In this document: positions 52,203 through 61,114 of the stretch, in pieces
Numbering within the stretch: position 1 is the stretch's first letter
Layout of the letters: each line of letters begins with the position of its first letter
Translations under genes and position numbers: made by a program
Assembly: GCA_964514585.1 (NCBI GenBank)
Contig: CAZETU010000002.1
Coordinates: 129,486 to 193,485, forward strand
Direction of reading: 5' to 3'
DNA: 64,000 nt
From: Candidatus Woesearchaeota archaeon
GTDB lineage: Archaea; Nanobdellota; Nanobdellia; Pacearchaeales; GW2011-AR1
Notes under the pieces: generated by a model
The model's input: only the letters and a program-made list of their open reading frames with translations
Databases searched by the model: none
Told to the model about the DNA's origin: nothing

Positions 52203-52469
52203 ATGGAATTATCTTGGAATGATGTCAATCTTAAAAAAGTTAATATTATAGTTTCTAAGTCTCAAATGAACTCTTTTGTTGAAGTTGTAGGAAATAGTGT
52301 AGGAAAAGATGAGTTTATTTTAACGGAGAATGGAAAAAAATTAAAGACTACTCAGAATAAAGAGGGGATTAAACTTAATCAATTGGGAAGTCTCTCTTCT
52401 GGGTCTAAGAATTTTATTACGCGAAATATAGCTGATTATTCTGAATTTATTGCAAAGAAGAGGTCTTAG
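52203..52469 (+). CDS. hypothetical protein (88 aa)
   Basis: ORF track. Low GC. Confidence 0.4.
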   Translation: MELSWNDVNLKKVNIIVSKSQMNSFVEVVGNSVGKDEFILTENGKKLKTTQNKEGIKLNQLGSLSSGSKNFITRNIADYSEFIAKKRS

Positions 52470-52475
52470 TTTGAG

Positions 52476-53408
52476 ATGGAACCAGGCTCTTTTTTTGCGG
52501 GACTTTCTGCTTTAAGGGGCATTTGGAATAAATTAAAGGGAACGCCGAAGATACAAAAGATTGATGCTAAATTATTTTCTAATAATAAATTAAGAAAGAA
52601 TTTTTTGAAGAAGAATAAGAATGCAATTTTTCTACAGTTTAATGGGGATATTAAGGGTGATGTTTATCTTGGTGATTTGACAAAAATGCCAGATGAGAAA
52701 AAAGAAGAATTAAAAGAGTCGTTTGATGGGAATGAAGAAAAAAATGAGATAGACATTGTAGATACTGACTTTTATTTTAGGGTAAAAAAATGGAAAAATG
52801 ATTATGGGGATTTTTCTAAAATCGAAAAATATCTTCCTTGTTTAGATGAGGATGTGGGTAGTATATTAAAACTTTCAACATATGCTGAAAAACTTTTTCA
52901 GAAGAAGGATATTGGAGAAGCGGAGTCTGTTAGGAATGATATTGGATATAAGTATAAGAAATGGGGAAGAAAACTTTCTAATCTTTATTTGTCGGGATAT
53001 GTAAATGGAGTTTTGGAATATTTGCTTCTTACATGTGATGGTGATGCAAAAGAAATGCGTTCTAGAATAAATAAAGAAATAATATATTTTGTCAATCATT
53101 CTGAAAATATTTATTTTGTTTATGAGGGGGTGAGTGTAGATGAAACCACTTCTTCAATTAAAGCAAAAATCGATTTATCAAAACCATATATTGCAGTTCA
53201 TGCTGCTGGAAGAAATATAGAGATATCTAAAGATATAATGAATGGAGTTAGGGAGTATGCTCTTGATGCTGATTATAAAGTTGAAGAAGAAAAGAAGAAA
53301 GGTGTTTCGGGTGTCAATCTTTTTTATTCTTATTTCATAAAAAAGAAAAAGGATGATAAAGCTCCGCCAAAAATAGAACTTCCAGATTTACACGAGCGTA
53401 GCGATTAA
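52476..53408 (+). CDS. hypothetical protein (310 aa)
   Basis: ORF track. Low GC and K/E/N-rich. Confidence 0.5.
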   Translation: MEPGSFFAGLSALRGIWNKLKGTPKIQKIDAKLFSNNKLRKNFLKKNKNAIFLQFNGDIKGDVYLGDLTKMPDEKKEELKESFDGNEEKNEIDIVDTDFYFRVKKWKNDYGDFSKIEKYLPCLDEDVGSILKLSTYAEKLFQKKDIGEAESVRNDIGYKYKKWGRKLSNLYLSGYVNGVLEYLLLTCDGDAKEMRSRINKEIIYFVNHSENIYFVYEGVSVDETTSSIKAKIDLSKPYIAVHAAGRNIEISKDIMNGVREYALDADYKVEEEKKKGVSGVNLFYSYFIKKKKDDKAPPKIELPDLHERSD

Positions 53409-53575
53409 ATTTTCTAGGTTGCACGAGCGGAGCGATTTGTGTTGCTAATTGAGACTATAATAATTCTTATAAAGTGTGTTTTTGTGGGGCTGGGATGCGA
53501 GATGAGGGTTTGGATGCGCAGATAGAAAGGGTTTTTGGTGAGTTGGGAATATGTGATGAGTAGAAGGGTTCGATT

Positions 53576-54145
53576 TTGGCGTTTACGAATGTTCTTAGGG
53601 TAAAGGATGTTGCGTCTTGGGAGCATTCGGCTAGGGTTGGGTTGAAGAATGTTGATGTTGGGAGGTATACGCATATTGATGATCCGAGAGCTTGGTTTTA
53701 TATTGGATTTATGCATGATGTTGGGAAGACTTTGACTGATTCGGGGTCTTTGAAGAAGGCTAGTGGTTTTGGGCCGGCGGATAAGAGGGAGTTGGATAAG
53801 CATGTTGTGGATGGGGCTAGGATGGTTAGGGGGAAGTTTAATTTTACTGCGGCTGGGCTGATTTGGCATCATTATTTTTCTGGGGGGTATCCTTCTAAGA
53901 GGATGATGCCTGATTTGGGTGTTGAATTTTCTGAGGCTACTGAATTGAAGGCGATGTATCTTGGGAGGTTAACTGGGGTTGTTGATTTTTATGATGCGAT
54001 AACTAGTAGGAAGAATGATAAGTTTAGTACTGATGGGTCGCCATGTCTTCCTTCGAGGGAGCAGGCACGAGAGATTATGGTGAAGTGTAATCCTGATCAG
54101 AGATATTTTATTGGACAGTTATATGATTCTGGGATTTTTGAGTAG
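53576..54145 (+). CDS. HD-domain phosphohydrolase
   Basis: HSARVG ... GFMHDVGK (H...HD). TTG start per the track, so the true start is uncertain. Confidence 0.7.
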   Translation: MAFTNVLRVKDVASWEHSARVGLKNVDVGRYTHIDDPRAWFYIGFMHDVGKTLTDSGSLKKASGFGPADKRELDKHVVDGARMVRGKFNFTAAGLIWHHYFSGGYPSKRMMPDLGVEFSEATELKAMYLGRLTGVVDFYDAITSRKNDKFSTDGSPCLPSREQAREIMVKCNPDQRYFIGQLYDSGIFE

Positions 54146-54808
54146 TTAGAATTTGAAGTTGATGGAGTAGATATGGTTTTTATTGACTCCTTGTGTTATC
54201 CATTCTTCAAGGAAGAGGTTTCCAAGTTTGCCTAATTCAATGAGGTTTTTTTGAACTGTTTCTATGTTTTCAATTTCTCTTTGCATTTGTCCTTCTTCTC
54301 CACAGCAAATTCTTAGTAATGAAGAGCCGGTACTGGTCTCATTTAATCTTGCTTGATAAGCCCATCCTGCGTCGCTTTCTCTCTCTATTCCTAGAAGTTC
54401 TGGGTTCTGAATTTTAAATGTGAAAGGGTCGCTTTCTATTGTGTATTCTACTTCTGTTCTTTCTTTGTATCCTCTTTGGATTTCTTTTTGTTTTTTAAGA
54501 TGCTTTGTATATTCTGTTTCGAAATATTCTGGGAAATTCTTGAAATCTTCTGTGGCTCCTACAATTCCCATTGATACTGCATAGTGTTTTCCCTTAACTT
54601 TAATTCTCGTTATTAATTCTCGTTTGTTAAATAAATCAATTTTGGAGTCTAGGACTTGTGTTGAGGGGCCTATGGGTTCATCCCCATCATCCTCATCACT
54701 GTCATCATCTGTGCAAACCATGCTTTCCCCGTAATCTTGTTGCCTGTGAGATATCATTAGCATTTCATTATAGACATCATCTAAATTAGAAATAACTGCG
54801 CCACCCAT
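54146..54808 (-). CDS. hypothetical protein (220 aa)
   Basis: ORF track only. Confidence 0.5.
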   Translation of the reverse strand: MGGAVISNLDDVYNEMLMISHRQQDYGESMVCTDDDSDEDDGDEPIGPSTQVLDSKIDLFNKRELITRIKVKGKHYAVSMGIVGATEDFKNFPEYFETEYTKHLKKQKEIQRGYKERTEVEYTIESDPFTFKIQNPELLGIERESDAGWAYQARLNETSTGSSLLRICCGEEGQMQREIENIETVQKNLIELGKLGNLFLEEWITQGVNKNHIYSINFKF

Positions 54809-54863
54809 ATGCTTTCTTATGCGGATTTAACTTTATAACGGATTATATTCTGGGATGTATATG

Positions 54864-55430
54864 TTAGAGAATATGTTTTGTTTTTTTGTCGACTTTTTCG
54901 ATTTGTTCGAGGATGTTTTCGATGAGGTCGTATTGTTTGGCCTCGGCCAAAGTGACCCATGCGTGCTGTGTTAGTTCGTCTTCTTTTAGTGTGACTTTGC
55001 CGCTGTCGTGGTCGGCGTGGAGTGAGATGATTATTGTTGAGAGGCCGTTTGGTCTGATGAATGCGAGGTTTGAAACGTAGCCGATATTTTTTATTGTGAG
55101 GTTTGTTTCTTCTTTGACTTCTCTTCTTAGGACTTTTTCGAAGATGTCGAGCCAGTGGTCTTTAGTATCTTTTGGGGTGTTGATGAAATCTGTTGTTTCA
55201 ACTTTTCCGCCTGGGACGCACCATTTGTTTGAGAATGCCTTTTCATTTGGGGAACGTTTGCAGATTAGATATTTATCTTCGGAGTTTTTTATTATTCCTG
55301 TGACGGCGATGTAATGGATTTTTTGTTCGTCGATTTTTTTTGGTTGTTCTAGAGAGGGAAATGCTTGAATTTCTTTTATCATTTGGTGGGTTTCTTTTAT
55401 GGATTCTATTTTTTGGGTTATGTCGTTCAT
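54864..55430 (-). CDS. NUDIX hydrolase
   Basis: GGKVE ... VLRREVKEETNL (Nudix box with an insertion). Confidence 0.75.
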   Translation of the reverse strand: MNDITQKIESIKETHQMIKEIQAFPSLEQPKKIDEQKIHYIAVTGIIKNSEDKYLICKRSPNEKAFSNKWCVPGGKVETTDFINTPKDTKDHWLDIFEKVLRREVKEETNLTIKNIGYVSNLAFIRPNGLSTIIISLHADHDSGKVTLKEDELTQHAWVTLAEAKQYDLIENILEQIEKVDKKTKHIL

Positions 55431-55858
55431 ATTTCTAGGCCTGTATATTTAATTAGGATTCTGATGTCTCTTTCTACTTGGTCAGGGTCTGAAGCGTGGA
55501 CTATTGTGTGTGGTGTTTCGTATGGTCCCCATTTTCCTCTTATCGTCCATGATGGATTGTCTTCATATTTCGTGGGGCCGGCGAGTCGTTTTACTATTGT
55601 TGCGATGTTTTTCCCTGTGGGGACTGTGAATGCGATTGGTTTTCCCGCGAAGTCTGATATCATAGTTTCGTATATTTCAGGATAGCCTTCTTCAACGTGT
55701 TCGTAGAATTTTCCCCATCCTTCTCGTGGCATTGTGGTTATTCTTTGTGTTGGGATTGTGGCGTTGGTTTGTTCTCTTAGGTATTGGAATATTTCGTCGG
55801 CGAAGGGTAGGTGTTCGTGTTTTACAAAAAGGAGTGTTCTATCTGTTGTGGTATCCAT
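55427..55858 (-). CDS. ndk: nucleoside diphosphate kinase-like protein
   Basis: DRTLLFVKHEHL, TIRGKWG and TIVHASD align with the ERT..IKPD, TIRGDFG and N.IHGSD motifs of NDK. Confidence 0.65.
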   Translation of the reverse strand: MDTTTDRTLLFVKHEHLPFADEIFQYLREQTNATIPTQRITTMPREGWGKFYEHVEEGYPEIYETMISDFAGKPIAFTVPTGKNIATIVKRLAGPTKYEDNPSWTIRGKWGPYETPHTIVHASDPDQVERDIRILIKYTGLEI

Positions 55859-55909
55859 TTTAGAGTATATGAGTTTTTATATATAAATAGTTCCTCAAAA
55901 AATTTGACT

Positions 55910-56503
55910 ATGGAGCGGGAAATTTTGGAACAGTTTTTGTATGCGAGTAAGTTGCGGTTTAATGAGATTGAGAAGGCTTTGGGAGTGCGGTCTAATAAGT
56001 TGAATTATCATTTGCAGAAGTTGGTATCTAAAGGTATACTTGTTAGAATCGGGGATTTTTATGAGCTTAGTGAGTCGTCGGAGTATATGATTCCTTATTT
56101 GTCTAGTAAGAAACATGTGCTTAGTGTTTTGTTGGTTCACGTCGGTAATTCTAGGGAAGCGTTTTTGATTGAGAGAAAGAAGCGGCCGTATCGGGGGAAA
56201 TTGAGTTTGCCTGGGGGTCGGTTGGTGATGGGTGAGTCGATTGAAGAAGGAGCTGTTCGGATTATGAAGAAGTTTGGGGTTGATGCGAAGTTTAAGGGCG
56301 TGAAGTCTGTTTCGTTGGAGCATTTGGAAAAGAAAGGAAAGGTGGTTGCTACTTATTTGTTGGTTTATGTGACTGTGAGTGCTGATGTCGATTTGGTTGA
56401 TTTGAAGAAGAATAGGCCTGAGATAATCGAGAGTGATTATTTGTTGATGACTGGGGACTTTGGGAAGAGATCAAAAATTAATATAATAAATTCTGTTGTT
56501 TAG
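55910..56503 (+). CDS. winged-helix (ArsR-like) domain fused to a degenerate NUDIX domain
   Basis: ASKLRFNEIEKALGVRSNKLNYHLQKLVSKGIL, then LSLPGGRLVMGESIEEGAVRIMKKFGV. Start placed at the ATG at 55910. Confidence 0.65.
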   Translation: MEREILEQFLYASKLRFNEIEKALGVRSNKLNYHLQKLVSKGILVRIGDFYELSESSEYMIPYLSSKKHVLSVLLVHVGNSREAFLIERKKRPYRGKLSLPGGRLVMGESIEEGAVRIMKKFGVDAKFKGVKSVSLEHLEKKGKVVATYLLVYVTVSADVDLVDLKKNRPEIIESDYLLMTGDFGKRSKINIINSVV

Positions 56504-56559
56504 ATTCGTGTCTAAAGGCCTTGTAGGCAGTCATAGATCGAAAGAGTTTTTTCATTGGA

Positions 56560-56706
56560 TTATCTTCTAGCTATCCAACCGTTGTCGCTGGATTCCCAAG
56601 CTGCACCGTTCATTGCTCTATCAATCGCACGAATCACGGAGTCGCCGAGTTGTCCTCGTTCTATTGGCTTTCCGTTTTCTGATTCGAATTGTAGTTTAAC
56701 TATCAT
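56560..56706 (-). CDS. SD-led micro-ORF (48 aa: MIVKLQFESENGKPIERGQLGDSVIRAIDRAMNGAAWESSDNGWIARR)
   Basis: Not in the track. AAGGAGGT, then 5 nt, then ATG at 56706. C-containing, balanced composition unlike its neighbours. Confidence 0.45.
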   Translation of the reverse strand: MIVKLQFESENGKPIERGQLGDSVIRAIDRAMNGAAWESSDNGWIARR

Positions 56707-56907
56707 TTTTTACCTCCTTATAATGTTTAGAATGTTTTTTTCTTTATATAGAAATATGAATTGGGAAGTATATTTGGTATCATAATTTGCTTTATATAGC
56801 GTTTGACTTGCGAGTGATGCTACTTAATTTTGGAGTAGTAGTGGCTTAACTTCAAGTTGATTTGGAGTCATCGTTTTATTTATATAGTAGAGTATATAGG
56901 TTGTTTT

Positions 56908-57501
56908 ATGGACGATAAACACATACTTGTGTCGCTTGGGGATGAGAAAGTTAAGCATATTGGTGAGGTAATTGGGAATAAATCTTGTAATCGAATTTTG
57001 GATTTTTTGGCTGAGGAGGATGGGACGGTTAGTGATATTTCTAGGAAGTTGAAAATGCCGTTGAATACTGTTGATTATAATGTTAAGAAATTAGTTGAGT
57101 CTGGATTGATTGAAAAGGCGTCGCATTGGTGGAGTGTTAAAGGGAAGAAGATGCCGATATATCGTGTTTCGAATAGGAAGATAATTATTTCGCCGAAGAA
57201 GTCTATCTCTAGAGTTTTTGCTTGGGCTATTGGTTTGACTGGATTGGCGGCTTTGACGATTCGGAGTTTTATGGATAAGAGTGGTCCTCGCTTGGTGAAT
57301 ACGGCTATTGTTATGGAAGAAGCTGTTTTTGATGCCGCTCCTAAGGCTATGGCTATGAATGATGTTGCGGTTGGCGTGGTTTCTTCTCAGAGTTTTTGGG
57401 CTGGGGTTAGTTCTTGGGAATGGTTTTTGTTTGGGGCTTGGTTTGCGATTTTGATATTTTTTGTAACAACATTAATAAATGATAAGAGGCATAAGTTATA
57501 A
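56908..57501 (+). CDS. ArsR-family winged-helix regulator with C-terminal TM segments
   Basis: NRILDFLAEEDGTVSDISRKLKMPLNTVDYNVKKLVESGLI, plus two hydrophobic segments. A TATA region lies 20-35 nt upstream of the ATG at 56908. Confidence 0.7.
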   Translation: MDDKHILVSLGDEKVKHIGEVIGNKSCNRILDFLAEEDGTVSDISRKLKMPLNTVDYNVKKLVESGLIEKASHWWSVKGKKMPIYRVSNRKIIISPKKSISRVFAWAIGLTGLAALTIRSFMDKSGPRLVNTAIVMEEAVFDAAPKAMAMNDVAVGVVSSQSFWAGVSSWEWFLFGAWFAILIFFVTTLINDKRHKL

Positions 57502-59636
57502 TGGCGAGGTGGGTTTCGATTGTGTTTTTGTTTGTGTTGATTGTAGCTGCTATTGTTGGATTGATTGTGTTTTCGGGGCAGGGGGATTTGTCTGATGACA
57601 TTGATTCTGATTTGAAGAAATTTAATTCGGAGGAAGAGTTTAGGGAATTTGTTGAGGATAGTGGAAGTTATGGAGGGTATAATAGAATGTTTTCTGGTAG
57701 TGGCGCTAATGCGATGAGGATGGAAACGGCGACTATGGATGTGGGTTCTGATTCGCTTTCGGCTCCGACTTCTAAGGAGGCTTCGGATTATTCTACTACT
57801 AATATTCAGGTTGAGGGAGTTGACGAGGCTGATATTGTGAAGAATGATGGGGAGTATATTTATGTGGTTAGTGGGCGGAAGGTTGTGATTTTGGATGCGT
57901 TCCCTGCTGATGAGATGAAGATTTTGTCGGAGATTAATTTTAGTGGAAGTGTTAATGAGATTTTTATTAATGAAGATAAGTTGGTTGTTTTTGGTAATGG
58001 GATAGTTGAGAGTCTTCGAGAGGAGAGTGAAGAGGAGAAAGATTTGAAGATGGTGGAGAGCGCGATTTCTTCGTATTATTACCCTCGGAACTATGATCCT
58101 GCGATTTTGACTTATGACATTAGCGACAAGGGTAATCCGGTTCTTGAGAATAGTGTTGTTCTTGAGGGGAACTATGTTGATTCGAGGATGATTGGGGACT
58201 ATGTTTATGTTGTGAGTAATAAGTATGTTTATGCTGATGTCCAGCTTCCGATTTATTTTGTTAATGGGATTGAGCGGACTGTTGGTTTTGGAGATATTTA
58301 TTATCCGACGTTTAGAGACAATAATTATCAGTTTACTTCTGTTTCGGTTGTGAATTTGAAGACGGGGGAATTTGATACTGAGACTTATTTGCTTGGGACT
58401 TCGTATACGATGTATGTTTCTGAGAATAATATTTATTTGACTCAGTTTAAGAGTGCGAGTTATGAGGAATCGATGGAGATTATGATTGAGGATGTTTATA
58501 TGGAGATTCTTCCTGGGGAGTATAAGGATAGGCTTGAAAAGATTCAGGAGATGGATGAGTATTATGATAAGGATAGGGCGATTAGTGATTTGATGAATGA
58601 GTGGATGAAGAGCATGGAGGGTCAGGAAGTTGGTGACCTTGAGGAGCAGATGAGTGAGTTTATGGAGAAGGCTTCTGTTAAGATTGCGAAGTTGCAGGGG
58701 ACTGCTATTTACAAGGTTGAGTTGGATGATATGGATATTGAGTATGTGGAGAATGGTTTTGTTCCGGGTCGACTTTTGGATCAGTTTTCGATGGATGAGT
58801 ATGAGGGGAATTTGAGAGTTGCTGTGACTACTGGGCAAAGTTGGTGGGGGTCTCGTGTTGATACTTTGAATCATATGTATGTTTTGGATGAGGAGTTGGA
58901 GATTATTGGAAGTGTTGAAGATTTGGCTGAGGGTGAGCGAATTTTTTCTTCGAGATTTATGGGGGACAAGGCTTACATGGTGACGTTTAGGCAGGTTGAT
59001 CCTTTGTTTGTTGTTGACTTGAGTGACCCTGAGAATCCGGAAGTTATGGGTGAGTTGAAGATTACTGGTTTTAGTGAGTATCTACATCCTTATGATGAAG
59101 ATCATCTTATTGGGATTGGGAAGGAGGCTACTGAGGAAGGTCGTGCTCAGGGTTTGAAGGTTTCGTTGTTTGATGTTAGCGATGTTACTAATCCGATTGA
59201 GGTTGCTAAGATTGAGATTGGAGACAGGGGGACTAATAGTGATGCGCTTAATGATCATAAGGCTGTCTTATTTGATAAGGAGAAGAACTTGTTGGTTTTG
59301 CCTGTTGATTTGTATGAGATTAATAAGAGTTCTGATAGGACGTGGGGTGAGTTTGTTTGGCAGGGAGCTATGGTTTTGGATATTAGTCCTGAGGGGATTA
59401 AAGAAAGAGGGCGGATTAGTCATAGGGATGATGAGGCTGATGAAGATGGTTATTGGAAGCAGTATAAGAGTTCGATAAGTAGGAGTTTATATATGGATGA
59501 TGTGCTTTATACGGTGTCGCAGGCTAAGGTGAAGGCTAATGATTTGGATAGTTTGAATGAGATTAGGGAAGTTGTGATTTCTGAGGCTGAAAATGATAAT
59601 ATTCGTGTTCTTCCTGGGATTGATTTGGATTTTTGA
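57501..59636 (+). CDS. secreted beta-propeller-domain protein (711 aa)
   Basis: N-terminal TM/signal. FSSRFMGDKAYMVTFRQVDPLFVVDLSDPENPEVMGELKITGFSEYLHP resembles the conserved core of the secreted Beta_propel-type family, recognised from memory. Confidence 0.65.
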   Translation: MARWVSIVFLFVLIVAAIVGLIVFSGQGDLSDDIDSDLKKFNSEEEFREFVEDSGSYGGYNRMFSGSGANAMRMETATMDVGSDSLSAPTSKEASDYSTTNIQVEGVDEADIVKNDGEYIYVVSGRKVVILDAFPADEMKILSEINFSGSVNEIFINEDKLVVFGNGIVESLREESEEEKDLKMVESAISSYYYPRNYDPAILTYDISDKGNPVLENSVVLEGNYVDSRMIGDYVYVVSNKYVYADVQLPIYFVNGIERTVGFGDIYYPTFRDNNYQFTSVSVVNLKTGEFDTETYLLGTSYTMYVSENNIYLTQFKSASYEESMEIMIEDVYMEILPGEYKDRLEKIQEMDEYYDKDRAISDLMNEWMKSMEGQEVGDLEEQMSEFMEKASVKIAKLQGTAIYKVELDDMDIEYVENGFVPGRLLDQFSMDEYEGNLRVAVTTGQSWWGSRVDTLNHMYVLDEELEIIGSVEDLAEGERIFSSRFMGDKAYMVTFRQVDPLFVVDLSDPENPEVMGELKITGFSEYLHPYDEDHLIGIGKEATEEGRAQGLKVSLFDVSDVTNPIEVAKIEIGDRGTNSDALNDHKAVLFDKEKNLLVLPVDLYEINKSSDRTWGEFVWQGAMVLDISPEGIKERGRISHRDDEADEDGYWKQYKSSISRSLYMDDVLYTVSQAKVKANDLDSLNEIREVVISEAENDNIRVLPGIDLDF

Positions 59637-59674
59637 TTGATTACTTTTATAAGGTTTGAACTTGTATTGTTAAT

Positions 59675-60424
59675 ATGGGATTTTGGCCGGTTGTTATGAA
59701 TGTTCTTCGGAATAGTGATATTGTGTTGTTGTTAGTGGATGCTCGGATGCCTGAGATTTCGCGGAATAGTGAGATTGTCGAGAAGGTTGAGGGGATGAAG
59801 GGGAAGCGGATTGTGATTGTTTTTAATAAGAGTGATTTGGTTGGGTTGAAGGATATTAATAAATTGAAAAAGGAATATCCTGGGGCGTTTTTTGTTTCGG
59901 CGACTAAGAGGACGGGGGTTAAGGATTTGAAGGGAGTTTTGGAAAATATGGCGGAGAATTGGAATCGGCCGAGTTTGAGAGTTGGGTTGGTTGGGTATCC
60001 GAATATTGGGAAGTCGACTTTGATTAATTTGCTTGTGCCGGGGGCTAAGGCTAAGGTGAGTTCTATGTCGGGGACGACTAAGAAAACGCAGTGGGTTCGC
60101 TCTGGTAAGCTTAGAATTATGGATTCACCCGGGGTTATACCTTTTGGGGACAGGAAGGTTCAGATTGGGATGACGGCGGCGAAGGATCCGCATAAGATTA
60201 AGAATCCGGAGAAGGTTGCGTTGAGGATAATTGATTTTATGATGAAGCGTGAGGGGAACTTGTTGAAGAGGTATTATGGGGCGTCGGGGAAGGATGAGTA
60301 TGAGGCGTTTGAGGATATTGCGATGAAGAAGGGGTTTTTGGTTAAGGGTGGTGAGGTTGATGAACATCGGACGGCGATTAAGGTTATTGACGATTGGCAG
60401 CGCGGTAGGATTAAATTGAATTAG
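59675..60424 (+). CDS. circularly permuted GTPase (YlqF/RbgA-like)
   Basis: G4 FNKSDLV precedes G1 GYPNIGKSTLIN and G3 DSPGV. Confidence 0.8.
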   Translation: MGFWPVVMNVLRNSDIVLLLVDARMPEISRNSEIVEKVEGMKGKRIVIVFNKSDLVGLKDINKLKKEYPGAFFVSATKRTGVKDLKGVLENMAENWNRPSLRVGLVGYPNIGKSTLINLLVPGAKAKVSSMSGTTKKTQWVRSGKLRIMDSPGVIPFGDRKVQIGMTAAKDPHKIKNPEKVALRIIDFMMKREGNLLKRYYGASGKDEYEAFEDIAMKKGFLVKGGEVDEHRTAIKVIDDWQRGRIKLN

Positions 60425-60470
60425 CTCTACTTTGAAATGGTAACAATTGGAAAAGTTTAAAAGAACGTTT
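60421..60470 (+). promoter_or_regulatory. conserved intergenic module, copy 1 (stop-TAG + CTCTACTTTGAAATGGTAACA ... GTTTAAAAGA box)
   Basis: About 38/50 identity by hand alignment with 61048-61097. The TTTAAAAG box centre lies about 26 nt before the ATG at 60485. Confidence 0.6.
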
Positions 60471-60484
60471 TTATTTGTGAGCGA

Positions 60485-61051
60485 ATGGTTATTAAGGAAG
60501 AAGGAACGATTTATACTTGCGGTATTTGCAAAGAAAGGTTTCTAGAAATGTCAGGTGCTCAGGGATGTGAGTTGAAGGGAGGTGGGACTTCGGATATTCG
60601 AGCTGGAGAGGTTTTTAGGAAAATTGATTATGGTGGGCCTGGTGGTTTAGAGAATGAGCGAGCAGTTTTGTTTTTAAAAGATGTTAGTGGTGATAAGGAT
60701 TATAGGGGTCTTGTGACGCATTTTCCGTATTGGAGGGTTTCTTCATTTAATATTAATGTTCCTAAATATAAGGTGAATTTACTTAGGGTTGATGAAATTG
60801 ATCCTAGGGCTTATCGTGAGATGAGTGAAGCTGAATTTGCTCGAGCTAAAGAAATTTTTTTTAAGGCGGGGTCTGTTGGCAAATTTTTAGAGTGTAGTGT
60901 TGACGAAATTGTTAAGGGGGAACGAGAACATCTTCGTTCAGGCAATAGTCATTTGCAAAGATTGTTGTATAGGGCGGTGGCGGATGAGAATTATGAGGCT
61001 GCTGCAGTATTGAAGGGCAAGTTGATAGAGGGTCAGACTAGGTTGAAATAG
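60485..61051 (+). CDS. hypothetical protein with an N-terminal CxxC and a C-terminal UVR-like motif
   Basis: YTCGICKERF. YRAVADENYEAAAVLKGKL resembles the UvrB/UvrC (UVR) motif. Confidence 0.5.
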   Translation: MVIKEEGTIYTCGICKERFLEMSGAQGCELKGGGTSDIRAGEVFRKIDYGGPGGLENERAVLFLKDVSGDKDYRGLVTHFPYWRVSSFNINVPKYKVNLLRVDEIDPRAYREMSEAEFARAKEIFFKAGSVGKFLECSVDEIVKGEREHLRSGNSHLQRLLYRAVADENYEAAAVLKGKLIEGQTRLK

Positions 61052-61097
61052 TTCTACTGTGGAATAGTAACACATAGAAAGGTTTAAAAGAGTATTT
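61048..61097 (+). promoter_or_regulatory. conserved intergenic module, copy 2
   Basis: TAG + TTCTACTGTGGAATAGTAACA ... GTTTAAAAGA. The box centre lies about 30 nt before the ATG at 61115. Confidence 0.6.
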
Positions 61098-61114
61098 TTT
61101 CTTGAGATGGTTCT

